The notes beneath the pieces are model-generated. The model saw only the letters and a list, made by a program, of their open reading frames with translations, was not told where the DNA came from and did not search any database. A stretch of 64,000 nt of DNA. Origin: Blepharisma stoltei ATCC 30299 (taxonomy: Eukaryota > Protista > Ciliophora). Each line of letters starts with the position of its first letter. The first letter of the stretch is position 1. The translations under genes were made by a program, and so were the position numbers. This document shows, in pieces, positions 10,545 through 21,125 of this stretch. Location of the stretch: contig CBFDEM010000041.1 of assembly GCA_965603825.1 (NCBI GenBank), forward strand, positions 248,001 to 312,000, in the 5' to 3' direction.

Positions 10545-12281
10545 ATGATAAACACAGAAACAAGCAATCATGCATCCCCTCAGAACTGTAAAATAATCTG
10601 CCACGAAGACTGCAATGGGAATGGCTTAACTTATATGCTGAAATCATCAGAGCCAGAAGTAAAATCTTTAGAAATTCTCCCTCAAATTGATGATAATTTT
10701 GACATGCCTATCGAAGAATTAGTAAATAAACTTCTTGAGATAAGAAAAAATGCATCAAATTTTATCATCAGAAATTACAGAATATTCCTAACTAAAAAAA
10801 GGCTCAGGTTTTATGCAGTAATAAACCGATTGATATTAATTCGAAAAATACATGCAATCACCATACAAAGATATGCTAGAGGATGACTTGTAAGGAAAGA
10901 CTTATCATTTCTTAAAGGAATTGATAATAAGAGATTAATAAGATGAAGGCATGGAGGAAAAGATGTGAAAATGATAGGAAATTTTACTGAGCCTACATGA
11001 AAAGAAAAAATAAATTTAAGATACTCTAAATACCTCAAAGAATTTATATCTACAGTTGTAGAGGACCGAAAACTGCCTGAAGGGACGTATTGTGTAAAAT
11101 TCAATGTTGACGGCTCCTGGGTTTGTGATGGAGATTTAGCTGTTTCACAAGATCAATTGGGAAATTACAACAATATTATAATAGTAAAAGACAAAGCCAA
11201 AAAGCTATCAAGATCAATGAGTGTCCGTTCCTTCAACGCTGTCATTGACTCTGAACTTTCTAAACAGATTATCACCGAAGGCAGCCAATCCCCTCTAATT
11301 TTAGCTCGTACCTTAAGTGGAAATTTAGACTCCCCTAGAGGTTTTGGCCTTATAAGAGGGAAAAACAAAAAAGCTCCTGTCGCTTTAATAACTGGCGCTG
11401 CTATGTGTGCGAGGCCTAAAAAGAAATCATCGCCGGTAAACCCACAAGGAAGTGCAGATGCCTATTTCATTAACTCTGAGCTACAGGCATTCGGATTGGC
11501 AGACGGCGTAGGAGAATGAAGCTCATACGGACTAGATGAAAGCAGGTTTTCCAAAGAGCTCATAAGATACTGTGAAGATGTTATACAGGAAACTGTGTCA
11601 CCAGACTCAGGCTCAGCTATCGAATATTGTGATCTTCTTGAACAAGTTGCTCTAGAGGCACATCGGAGGGTGATTTCATATGGAAGCAGCACACTGCTTT
11701 TGTGCATTTTTTATGAATCCATGCTCCATTCTTATTGTCTTGGGGACTCAAGCTTTTTGGTGCTCAGACCTCGAGAAAACAATAAGGCTTTATATTCAGT
11801 CTATCGGTCACTGGAACAGCAGCATTCTTTTAACTGCCCTTATCAGCTATCAAACCTTCCTAAATCCAACAAATTCCAAGAGTTGATTGAACAAGGGCTT
11901 GGCAGACTTATAAACTTGCTATCTCGAACAAACCATACTTTGAACGACTCAGCGTTAGATGCCCAAACTGAAATGATTCCTTTAAAAGTAGGAGATATTA
12001 TTATTGCAGGCACTGATGGGCTATTTGACAATTTATATGAAGAAGACATTATAAAAAGTGCTGAAAGTATGTTGGAATTTTTCGATGATCCACAAGATTT
12101 CGCTGACAACTTAGCTCACACATTGGTAGAAAAAGCTATAATGAAAGGATGGGACAAGTCATATAAGTCCCCTTTTGCGAGAAATGCTTCAAAAGCTGGG
12201 AAAAGGTTTATTGGAGGGAAACTTGATGACACCACGGTTATTGTATCAGTAGCTGTTGATAAGGAGCCAAATCATTCTTAA
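10545..12281 (+). CDS. PP2C phosphatase (PTC7/PPTC7 type) with N-terminal IQ motif and CBM48/AMPK-beta-type glycogen-binding domain (578 aa)
   Basis: Single frame with four TGA(W) at 10884, 10944, 10998 and 11517. IQRYARGWLVRK; IRWRHGGKDVKMIGNF..W...LPEGTYCVKFNVDGSW...LGNYNNII; ADGVGEW, GSST, LGDS, QQHSFNCPYQL, TDGLFDN, GGKLDDTTV. Confidence 0.9.
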
Positions 12282-12361
12282 ACACACATATGAAGCCATA
12301 ATAATGAGAAGCATTAATTATCTAACTTATCATGCTATTCTAAAATAATTATAATAATTTT

Positions 12362-13849
12362 TTAGCAACTTAGTCCTTGAAGTTGAAATACTGGAAGTGG
12401 TAAAATTGCGTCATAATCTACCACTATATACCCTGATTCCATTCTTAGATGATAATTATCAAACGTCGTCCCAGATGGGTATGGAAGTGTAAATACTGGG
12501 AAGAAAACACTGCCATTGTAGCTTTTTATGAAACTTTTCAAGAGATCGGCAGTCAGCATTCTTAGATTATAAGTATTGACTGTACCAATTATTGAGTTTA
12601 CATTGTAAACTGAAGTGACTTTTTGGTTGTAGGCATATCCTTTAAGGACTCCATTTTTCACTTGTGGAGTCACTAAAAATAATATGTCAGCTTTAAAATA
12701 GATTGGATATGACCATTGGTTGATCAAGGAATTATAAGTCAAAATCTGGACATCTACTGTTCCAGATACCAAAATCCCAATTTCTGGAACTATAGTAACA
12801 CTTGGAGCTCCAACAGTAGAAATGTTAAGATTTACAGGAACATTTCCATATGTTTGGTAAAGTTCAGGATAATACCCAGATGTGGAAGTTAATATATTAG
12901 GATAATCATCAGGGAGCTTTTGAATGAAATGATATGCATATTTAGCTGTTATCGCGTTATAATATGATTGAAGCATATATTGAGAAATCATTATCTGGGA
13001 TGACCCAACTCCTTTAGGATTAGTGTAACGATCTGGCATAGTAAAAGATGGAGCTATAGAAGGCATCTTAGCTGAGGTATCATCTTGTGTCACAAATGTC
13101 CCATTATACCATATAGTCACATAATTATTGCTGCAAGGATATGCTGGATTATAACTGATTGCTGGAGTTCCGATTCACAAACTATTTAAATATATAGGCA
13201 AGTCTGGCACCTGTGGAAACCAGTTGAGACTCTGAGTATAGCCATTTATTCTTGATTCAAAAGCCTGCAGAAAAACAAGCCCAGTATTTGCCTGCAAAAA
13301 ATTAACAATACGTGTTGTAAACTGTGTCGTTAAATTTGTAGAGAAGTTCAAGTTTTGAAACGTAATCTCATATATGCTGAGAGTAATAACGTCAGTATAA
13401 AGCTGAGGAATTCCGTCATCATTTTGAATTTCTGCATCCATTATTAAAACCCCAGTAAAAAATGCATCAGCAGTTCCTGTTTTGTTAATATTTTTGCTTG
13501 TGTTGTATTCAGAGTACTGGAATGACAAGTCTCCTGTAAAATTATAAAAAGTGATATTAAACCAGTTTGGCTGCTCAATAATAAGACTCACATTGGAAGG
13601 ATTAATTGTGGAATTTGTAAGAGCGATATTTTTAGCAGTGACAGCTACATTTATGCCGTTGTCTACTGTGTTGAAGTTGAGACTTCCTAAGTTGCTTGCT
13701 GATATGTACTCTGCTGCAATAGGTATCAAATCTCTTATTAATGAAGAAGCGTCTTCAAGACTTCGAGAAATTTTCATTCCTGGATTGGCAGCTGAGCATT
13801 TTGTTATCAAAACAATAAGCGCAACAGCAAAAACCCAATTCTTCGACAT
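12362..13849 (-). CDS. Secreted BPI/LBP/CETP-like (TULIP) lipid-binding protein (495 aa)
   Basis: Signal peptide followed by ANPGMK; ORFs 13175..13849 and 12362..13120 joined by TGA(W). Length, PELYQTYGN and terminal GYIVVDYD fit the two-domain BPI fold. Confidence 0.62.
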
Positions 13850-13952
13850 ATTTATTATGCAAAATCCTTGTTTTTGCTATTTCTCATTGTGTTTTCATAT
13901 ATTTACCACGCGTCTACTATAAGAATTCAATTTAAATTCATAAATTTATTAA

Positions 13953-14327
13953 ATGGCACGAGTTCTTATGGCAACTTCTTACGACGAGCAGTTTCCAGCT
14001 GATAACATCCTCTCCCAGCCTACCCGAGAGTTCTGGATGAGCACAGGAGTTTACCCTCAAGAAATTTTAATTCAATTGACTCCAGCCAAATCAGTCAGAA
14101 GCATCCGATTTGTATCAACAAAAGTGCGGCAAATTGTAGTCGAGGGAAGTGAAGGCCCACATCTAGGGAACTTCGTAAAAATCGGGGAAACTGAAATAGG
14201 TGATTCGAGGGATCTTCAGAGAGAAACTGTAGAGATCAATAGCACTAAGGTTTTTCAGTATGTGAAGTTTGTGATTGCTAGTGGGTGGAATGATTTCGTG
14301 AGTATTCATTCGTTAAGATTTGAGTAA
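13953..14327 (+). CDS. IFT25: Intraflagellar transport protein 25 (HSPB11)
   Basis: ATSYDEQFPADNIL...FWMSTGVYPQE...SGWNDFVSIHS; 124 aa. Confidence 0.88.
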   Translation: MARVLMATSYDEQFPADNILSQPTREFWMSTGVYPQEILIQLTPAKSVRSIRFVSTKVRQIVVEGSEGPHLGNFVKIGETEIGDSRDLQRETVEINSTKVFQYVKFVIASGWNDFVSIHSLRFE

Positions 14328-14579
14328 TAAGCTTTATATGGAAAAGAATAATTAACCCTTTATCTCATGTGTGGAGTTATAAAAATAAGCAATAAACATC
14401 TTTATCCGAATAATACAGAAATCAACTGAGTAAAGTTATAAAAATATTGCAGGGAAAAAGCAAATTATTATAAACCCCACTATCAAAAATTGATTATTGT
14501 ATAAGTGGTTTAAAATTAATGGAACTTTCTAGAATCAGCTATATAAGCTTATGAGATCTTGCTTTGTAATATATTTTAA

Positions 14580-15890
14580 ATGCATTTCTTCAGTAGTGGT
14601 GGCGGCGGTGGATTTCCATTCGGCGATTTCTTCGGTGGGGCAGGCCCACAGAGTCCTCATGAAGAAGAGGAAGTTGATAGCACAAGATTCTATACATTAC
14701 TTGGAGTTGACAAGAACACATCATGTGGCGACATCAAAAAAGCTTACCGACAACTAGCCAAAACCAAACACCCTGACAAAGGTGGAGATCCAAAAGAATT
14801 CCAAGAAATCACACATGCAGCAGAAATTCTATCAGATCCAGAAAAACGCAAAGTCTATGACCGATATGGCGAAAAAGGCATCAACCAAGGGATGAGTGGC
14901 GCTGAAAGTGAAGCAACCAGCATCTTTGACTTACTAGCAGGCCGTGGCGGACAAAGAAGAGAGCAAGGCCCAAGGCGTGGCCCAGACGCGACTTACACAT
15001 TGAAATGCAGTTTAGAAGATATTTACAATGGCGCTACAAGAAAAATCGCTATAAACCGCGACAGGAACTGCCAAACTTGCAATGGTGAAGGTGGGCACCA
15101 TGCTAAGACTTGCAGTTCTTGCAAAGGTAGAGGTATAGTTACCAAAATTGTTCAAGTTAATCCTTGGATGCAAACACAAAGCACTGGAGCTTGTGATGAC
15201 TGCAATGGCACAGGGAAAACATATGATGCCAAAAACAGATGCAAAACTTGCAAAGGGAAGCAGATTCTCCCGGAAAAGAAGGTGATTGAAGTCGTTATTG
15301 ATAAAGGTGTGCCAAACCATCATAAGTACTCTTTTATGGGAGAAAGTGATGAAAAGCCAGGGATGCAGGCTGGAGATCTCATAGTGGTGGTTGAAGAAAA
15401 GGGGCATGAGCTTTTTAAGAGAAAAAAGGCAGATTTGGTCATGCTAAAGAAAATTTCTCTAAAAGAAGCACTTACAGGCTATAAATTCATTATCACACAC
15501 TTAGATGGCACACAAAAGCTCATCCAATCTGAACCTCAAGATATCGTAAAGCCTGGAGATGTTAGAACTGTGAGAGAACTCGGAATGCCACTCATGAGGA
15601 CTCCATTTAAGTTTGGAAACTTATTTGTTACCTTTGAAGTCGAGTTCCCAGCTCCACGTTCTTTATCTCCTGCACAAATTAACCAATTAAGAACTGTTTT
15701 GCCAGGTGATTTAATGGAAATTGAAGATACCCCTGGGGTAGAAAAGCACTCCACGATTGAGTTCGAAAAATCCCACGTGACGGAAAATGATACAAAGATT
15801 CATTCTGACTATAAGGATGAAGAAGAAGATGACGATGACCCAAGGTTTGCAGGCGCAAAAAGAGTTCATTGCTCTGGGACAATATTCTAA
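14580..15890 (+). CDS. DNAJA: Type I J-domain co-chaperone (DNAJA/YDJ1 family)
   Basis: HPDKGGD J domain, four CxxCxGxG-type repeats, C-terminal substrate-binding domain. Confidence 0.95.
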   Translation: MHFFSSGGGGGFPFGDFFGGAGPQSPHEEEEVDSTRFYTLLGVDKNTSCGDIKKAYRQLAKTKHPDKGGDPKEFQEITHAAEILSDPEKRKVYDRYGEKGINQGMSGAESEATSIFDLLAGRGGQRREQGPRRGPDATYTLKCSLEDIYNGATRKIAINRDRNCQTCNGEGGHHAKTCSSCKGRGIVTKIVQVNPWMQTQSTGACDDCNGTGKTYDAKNRCKTCKGKQILPEKKVIEVVIDKGVPNHHKYSFMGESDEKPGMQAGDLIVVVEEKGHELFKRKKADLVMLKKISLKEALTGYKFIITHLDGTQKLIQSEPQDIVKPGDVRTVRELGMPLMRTPFKFGNLFVTFEVEFPAPRSLSPAQINQLRTVLPGDLMEIEDTPGVEKHSTIEFEKSHVTENDTKIHSDYKDEEEDDDDPRFAGAKRVHCSGTIF

Positions 15891-16039
15891 AAATATTTTC
15901 ATTAATTTTGCCTTTCTACATATATTTTTAATTATTTTTCTTATTCCAGCAGAAGTTGTTTATTTTAAAATAGAGCTGCAGTAGCATAATTTATGAAAAT
16001 AGAAAAGAGAGCAACAGACTAGTTCATACAGATTAAAGA

Positions 16040-18583
16040 TTAATTATCTTGTTCAATTATTTCACCTGTTTCTTCTTTTTGTCTTTTCACTCGATATTCG
16101 ATTTTATTTTCAATTTCATCAAGAATAAATTCATCAACTGCTTCATATACTAGAGGAAATGGGTATTTCGTATATCTTCCCCACATATGGTGATCTTTTC
16201 ATCTTGCAGAAGGCGTTCTCCTTGAATTAATTCCTTGCATCACACAAACTATATCTTTTGTATCTGGGATGCCATCAAAGTTTCCTACTACCGAGTGAAT
16301 ATCCATATCAATATCAAAAGGCAGCCGTTGCTCTGGCAGCATTTCTTTAACATTGCCATTCATATATGTATTAATATAATCCCCAAGTTCTTCATTGCAA
16401 TTTTTGCTGGAAACATAAGAATCTGCTGCGAATGTATTTAAAACATTATAGCACGTTTCGATTTTTTCTCGATAAACCTCTTCTATTTGTGAAAAATACA
16501 TTTCCACGTCTTTTGCCAGTTTAAGCAGCTCAAAGTCTTCTGGAACTTTTTTTGGTTCCAAAATAAAAGCTTCTTCAGAGAATTCACATGAAATTTCACC
16601 TGTAGCTGCAAGCCTCCTTAGCACTTGTATAACATCTTGTACGGACAAGCCTATGCCTTCTGTGATATCAGGAATATAAAGTTTTCTCACTCCTGCGTAG
16701 TTTTTGGATTTCGCAAGAACATGGCTGATGATAGAATATTTTTCTGCTAATTGATCAGGTTGCGATTTATGAAATCGGATTTGGACAGCTGTGTATGTTA
16801 AAGGGTTTAAAGTTATCACATCTCTTTTTTCAAGCTCCAATAATAAGGATGAAAGAGTGTCTTTTTCTAAGCCCATATCTTCGCATGTTTCTTGCAGCTT
16901 AATTATAGATGGATCTTTTGAGGAAATATCATTGTCTCCTCTTTTCCTTTTAAATCCATTGCGATTTATAGCTTTTACCAGTTGGATTATGTGTCTTTTT
17001 GTTATATGATTTGTGTACCCTAATGATCTCAATTGAAACATATCTCTTTCATTCAATATAATGTGGGCATATGATTTTTCGCCATCTCTTCCAGCTCTGC
17101 CAGTTTCCTGCACTAAATGCTCTAACGTTTTAGGCAAGTACATATGAATGACCCCTTTTACATTAGCTTTATCGATTCCCATCCCAAACGAAACTGTAGC
17201 AACTAAGACTCTAATTTTTCCTGTCATGAAGTTTTCTTGGATTTTTTCTTTTTTATAGTCTGGCAGACCTCCATGGAAGCTTGCAGCTGATTCTCCTTTG
17301 CTTTTAAGCCATTGGGCCACACTGTCTGCTAGGTATTGAAATGGTGAATATATAATAACACTTCCTTTTCTGAATTCATCAGTTTTAATTATTCTTCCAA
17401 TTGCTGTTGTAATGTCAGGATCTCTAGAGATTTTTATTTCAATATTTTTCCGCAATGGGAAGCCATATGACACTACTTCTGTAATATGTAAAATTTCTGA
17501 AATATCTTTGCAAGTATCTTTATGTGCAGTAGCTGTTAATGCAAGAATTCTTAAAGAATTTGTGGATTTCGGAATTAGTAGATAGGAAAGTCTGGATGAA
17601 AATGATAGCTGAGAAACACAGTGAGCTTCATCTATACAAAATAAAGAAATATTTTGGAATTTAAAACAATCTGAAAGAAACTTTTCTGGAGTTAAATAAA
17701 GAATATCAATTTTCCCTTCTTTTGCTTCTTGGTAGATTTTAAATTGCAGCTGAGGTGGCAATTGAGCATGAATGCAAGCTCCTGATAAGCATACTGGCAG
17801 CCTTAAAATTTGATCAGTAATAAGCGAGACAAGAGGTGTTATCACAATTGTGAGACCTGCTAAAATTCTTGCAGAAAATTGATAAATCAAGCTTTTTCCA
17901 GCACCAGTAGGCAATATTGTTAAAACGTTATTTCCATTTGTCAATTTTTGGATGCTCTCAAGCTGTCCTTCCCTCCAATCATTAAAACCAAACTCAGTTT
18001 TTAAGATTTCTGCTCAGTCTGTGTGCTCAGTTCTAACTTTATTAGTAAACCCTTCAGAATAAGAGACAATATTCCTTTGTTCCATCCCGTAAGATGTAGG
18101 ATCAAATAATGCTTTATTTTTGCCCTTTTTTCCATATCTCGTTTTCCCCATTTTAGAAAAGCTTTTCCCTTTGCTTAGATTTAGCTTCACGAAGTTTTCT
18201 TTAAATTTTGGCTTTTGCTTTAGCTTTTCTTTGGCCTTTTTAGGGATTTCTGCGAAATTTTGATTAAGTGCTTTATTAAAGGTTTCATCCTTGATTTCTT
18301 CATCTATCAGCGGCATATCCAGTTGCAAAATTTCAGGTTCTTTTACCTCTTCATCGTCATTTTGCATAAGTTTTAACACTGATGATTCATAAAATTGAAC
18401 CGCGCGATTTTTTTGATCAGGAATAATAGGCTCGCTTTTGGACTCAGTAAGCAATTTTAATTTATTTGTAGGTGGAGGTCTTTTTATGACTTTTTTCACT
18501 TGAATAGCTTGTGGTTTTTCAATATCTCCTGGAGCCTGAATAAATTTTACATCAAAAAAGCTTGTGCTTGGAATAAAAGACAT
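16040..18583 (-). CDS. RECQL4: RecQ-family DNA helicase, RECQL4-like (847 aa)
   Basis: ORFs 18014..18583 and 16199..17944 plus a tail to TAA 16040 share one frame via two TGA(W). ENFVKLNL, LPTGAGKSLIYQ, DEAHCVS, TATA, ATVSFGMGIDK, QETGRAGRDG, C-terminal QGINS..PSARWKDHHMWGRY. Confidence 0.9.
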
Positions 18584-18698
18584 TTATATATTAGAGATTA
18601 ATTTATTCAATAAAATAAATAAGCGATTTTTCAAATTTTCCCTTCTTCTAAGTGTCTGAAGCACCTAATTAAGTAAAAGAGTCCTCGCATCCTTGAAA

Positions 18699-18976
18699 TG
18701 AATGCACTGTCTCTATAGTTACCGTTATTATAAAATTGTGCATCTTGCATTTGTTAAAATGGCATGATAAACATTTAGGAAAGGAGAATTGTGTCTAAAT
18801 TGTGGATCCAGCTGATTTTATAGGTCAGGATGAACGGTAACTTTGGAAAGCAATTTTTAGGCTGACAGAATAAGCCTGAGCTCATTCTCTGGGCAAGTTT
18901 TTTCTTATGGGAGTAGACGAGTGTCACAACAATACCTTGGGCATCTACTAAGTTCAGTGCAAATATTCAGTTTTTT
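18699..18976 (+). ncRNA. Candidate structured non-coding RNA (~280 nt), family unassigned
   Basis: No sizeable ORF; less AT-rich than flanks. Closing helix TGAAT-GCACTG (18699-18709) pairs with CAGTGC..ATTCA (18955-18969). 10-bp helix AGTTACCGTT (18717-18726)/AACGGTAACT (18833-18842). About six internal hairpins with G-U pairs favouring the + strand; T6 at 18971-18976. Confidence 0.5.
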
Positions 18977-19460
18977 GGATTTTATGCAAAGCATGAGCAT
19001 AGAAGATAATGAAAGATCTCGGTAAATCAGTATTATCAATGCATTTAGCTAAAGTTTGAGGTAATTAATATATAACAATTGCACTTAAATTGTAGATAAA
19101 CAATAAAAGTGTGAAACAAATTAGGTTAGACAAAGATAGAAAAATAGTCTTATATCTCCTAAACTTTATTGTATTGATAGATTCACAATTTATTATAAAA
19201 ATAAAATTTATAATATTCATTATTCTGATATTTTATATCATAAAAAATAATACCGAGATTTAATTTAATATATAAAAATTAATTATTTCGAGCAAAACCC
19301 TACAAATAAAAATAATTAATAATAATAAATAAACTCTTTCATTTTTGTAAATTTGAGAATATATATCTACATAAATCTTAATGAACATAAAGACTCATAT
19401 GCCAATAAATTGATTTTAGGATAGGGTTGATACGACATTTATAAAAATATAAGCTATCTC

Positions 19461-21059
19461 ATGAAAATGTTGGATTTTCAAAAAAACCCAAAAGATGAGC
19501 TATCTCTTGACTATGAAGTATCAAGCCAGAGATCTTCCTATGGAAGCAAATTACCAGTAAATTCTAAGCTGCAAGAAATCGATTTTCCTTCGATCGTTAG
19601 TAACTCTCCTTATTCTGTCAAATCATTTCCACCTCTGACTCCTTACTCAACTTCAGTTGAGCTGGAAACTTGGATTAATTCTCATCTAGAAACCTACGAA
19701 AATTCCTCGATTCCACAAGAAATTAAGCAAAAAACAGGCACTGAGGCTCTTTCCCTTTTAACTAACTTACTAGAAGAGTTTAAGATTGAGCTAGAAGAAA
19801 TCACAAAAAAGTCAGGAAAAGCTCATGCTCCTGCTTTATTTATGGATCATTTCATTAGAAGTGAAGAAAGCCATGAAATAAATAGCTCAGAAACAAATTT
19901 AAAAGCAGACTTAACAGTAAAATTATTTTATAAGGTTTTGCTTGAACTCATAAGAAATGAAGAAAAACAACAAGAAATTCGGCCTGAGGTCAAAGGTCCA
20001 CTCACAATTATATTAAAAAACGAAACTTTTTATAGAGCTTTACTATCCTGCTGCCTAGAAACTGTGCTTTTTGTAAACAATATAACAGTAATCGATTATG
20101 AGCAAGTTTTAGACTTATGCAGAGTTTCTGCATTTGACTCGTGGAAGCTAATGAAGAGTTTTCTTGAGTTTGACCCCAAAATCCCTACTGCTCTCCGTAC
20201 CTATTTTAAGACGCTTGAGCTTCGTACAATCTCCTATCTAGCATGGGCTGAATCTTCCCCTGTCTTATCTCTAATAAAACAGCATTTTAACACCAAGGAA
20301 GAAAATACTCACCCAGCTATTCAGATGTTTTGCAGAAGAGTCCTGTCACATGCTGCCTTAAGAATTTCAGATTTATCAAATTTATTGGAAATTCCTGAGC
20401 CTCTTAAAGAAGAAATCTGAAATGTTATGAAAGATGCTTTAAGTGACAATACTGAGCTATTTATTAATAGACATATGGACCAAATAATTATATGTACAAT
20501 ATATGGGGTTTGTAAAGCTAAAAATTTAAATGTCACTTTTAATGCTTTGATTGCAAAATACACAGATTGTTATAATGACCCTGGGAAAATTTTTAGAAAT
20601 GTAAGGATAGATGGGCTAACTAATACAGGAGATATCATCAAGTTTTATAATAATGTGTATGTAGCTCATATGAAATCAAGCCTTTTGGCTATAAGTAAAA
20701 ATAGTGAAAAAATCCAACAGCAGCCGAGAGTCCCTTCACTAAATCCTCCAAGTTCATTAGCATGCAATTTGCCCTTACCAATGATATCTTATTGTCCATC
20801 CCCTAGCAGGCAGCATACAAGATCGCCATCGCGATCTCCATTTTTGACACCCAGATCTAGAAGATACGCATTTGGAGAATCACCATCATGTGTGCTTGAT
20901 GGGATCAATGAAATGATGAAAAACACTGAAAGGGAAAGACTTAGCTATGATGAGGATGAGCTCCTTGGAGAACCAACAAAGAGGCCAAAGCATGGAAATG
21001 AACCTTTTCAAGACAGTGAAATGGAAGAAGCATTGCCATACGATTTTTCTGAGAATTAA
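19461..21059 (+). CDS. RBR: Retinoblastoma-family pocket protein, compact form (532 aa)
   Basis: Pocket A: LFYKVLLELI, FYRALLSCCLETVLF, AFDSWKLMKSF, LAWAESSP. Pocket B: EEI-W(TGA 20418), LFINRHMDQIIICTIYGVCK, GDIIKFYNNVYV. C-terminal LTPRSRRYAFGESP. Confidence 0.93.
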
Positions 21060-21125
21060 AGTTGTGAATGCTGCAAGAATGATTTAATATAATAAATCTC
21101 TTGAAATCTTATTAAACCATTATAT

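Noticed and set aside
18620-18640. CHR-like TTTGAA upstream of RECQL4 as a LIN54/DREAM site
   Set aside because: This hexamer is too frequent by chance in such AT-rich DNA.
18640-19070. Assigning the structured element to RNase MRP/P, telomerase RNA, U3 or a C/D snoRNA pair
   Set aside because: AGAGTCCTC/TGAGGTA gives only a weak P4-like pairing, there is no telomeric template, U3 boxes are incomplete, and the C-box-like ATGATAA/GGATGAA are imperfect. Left unassigned.
19060-19460. Extremely AT-rich ~400 bp upstream of Rb as a retained IES or MITE
   Set aside because: No terminal inverted repeats are visible, and removing it does not join an upstream reading frame to Rb.
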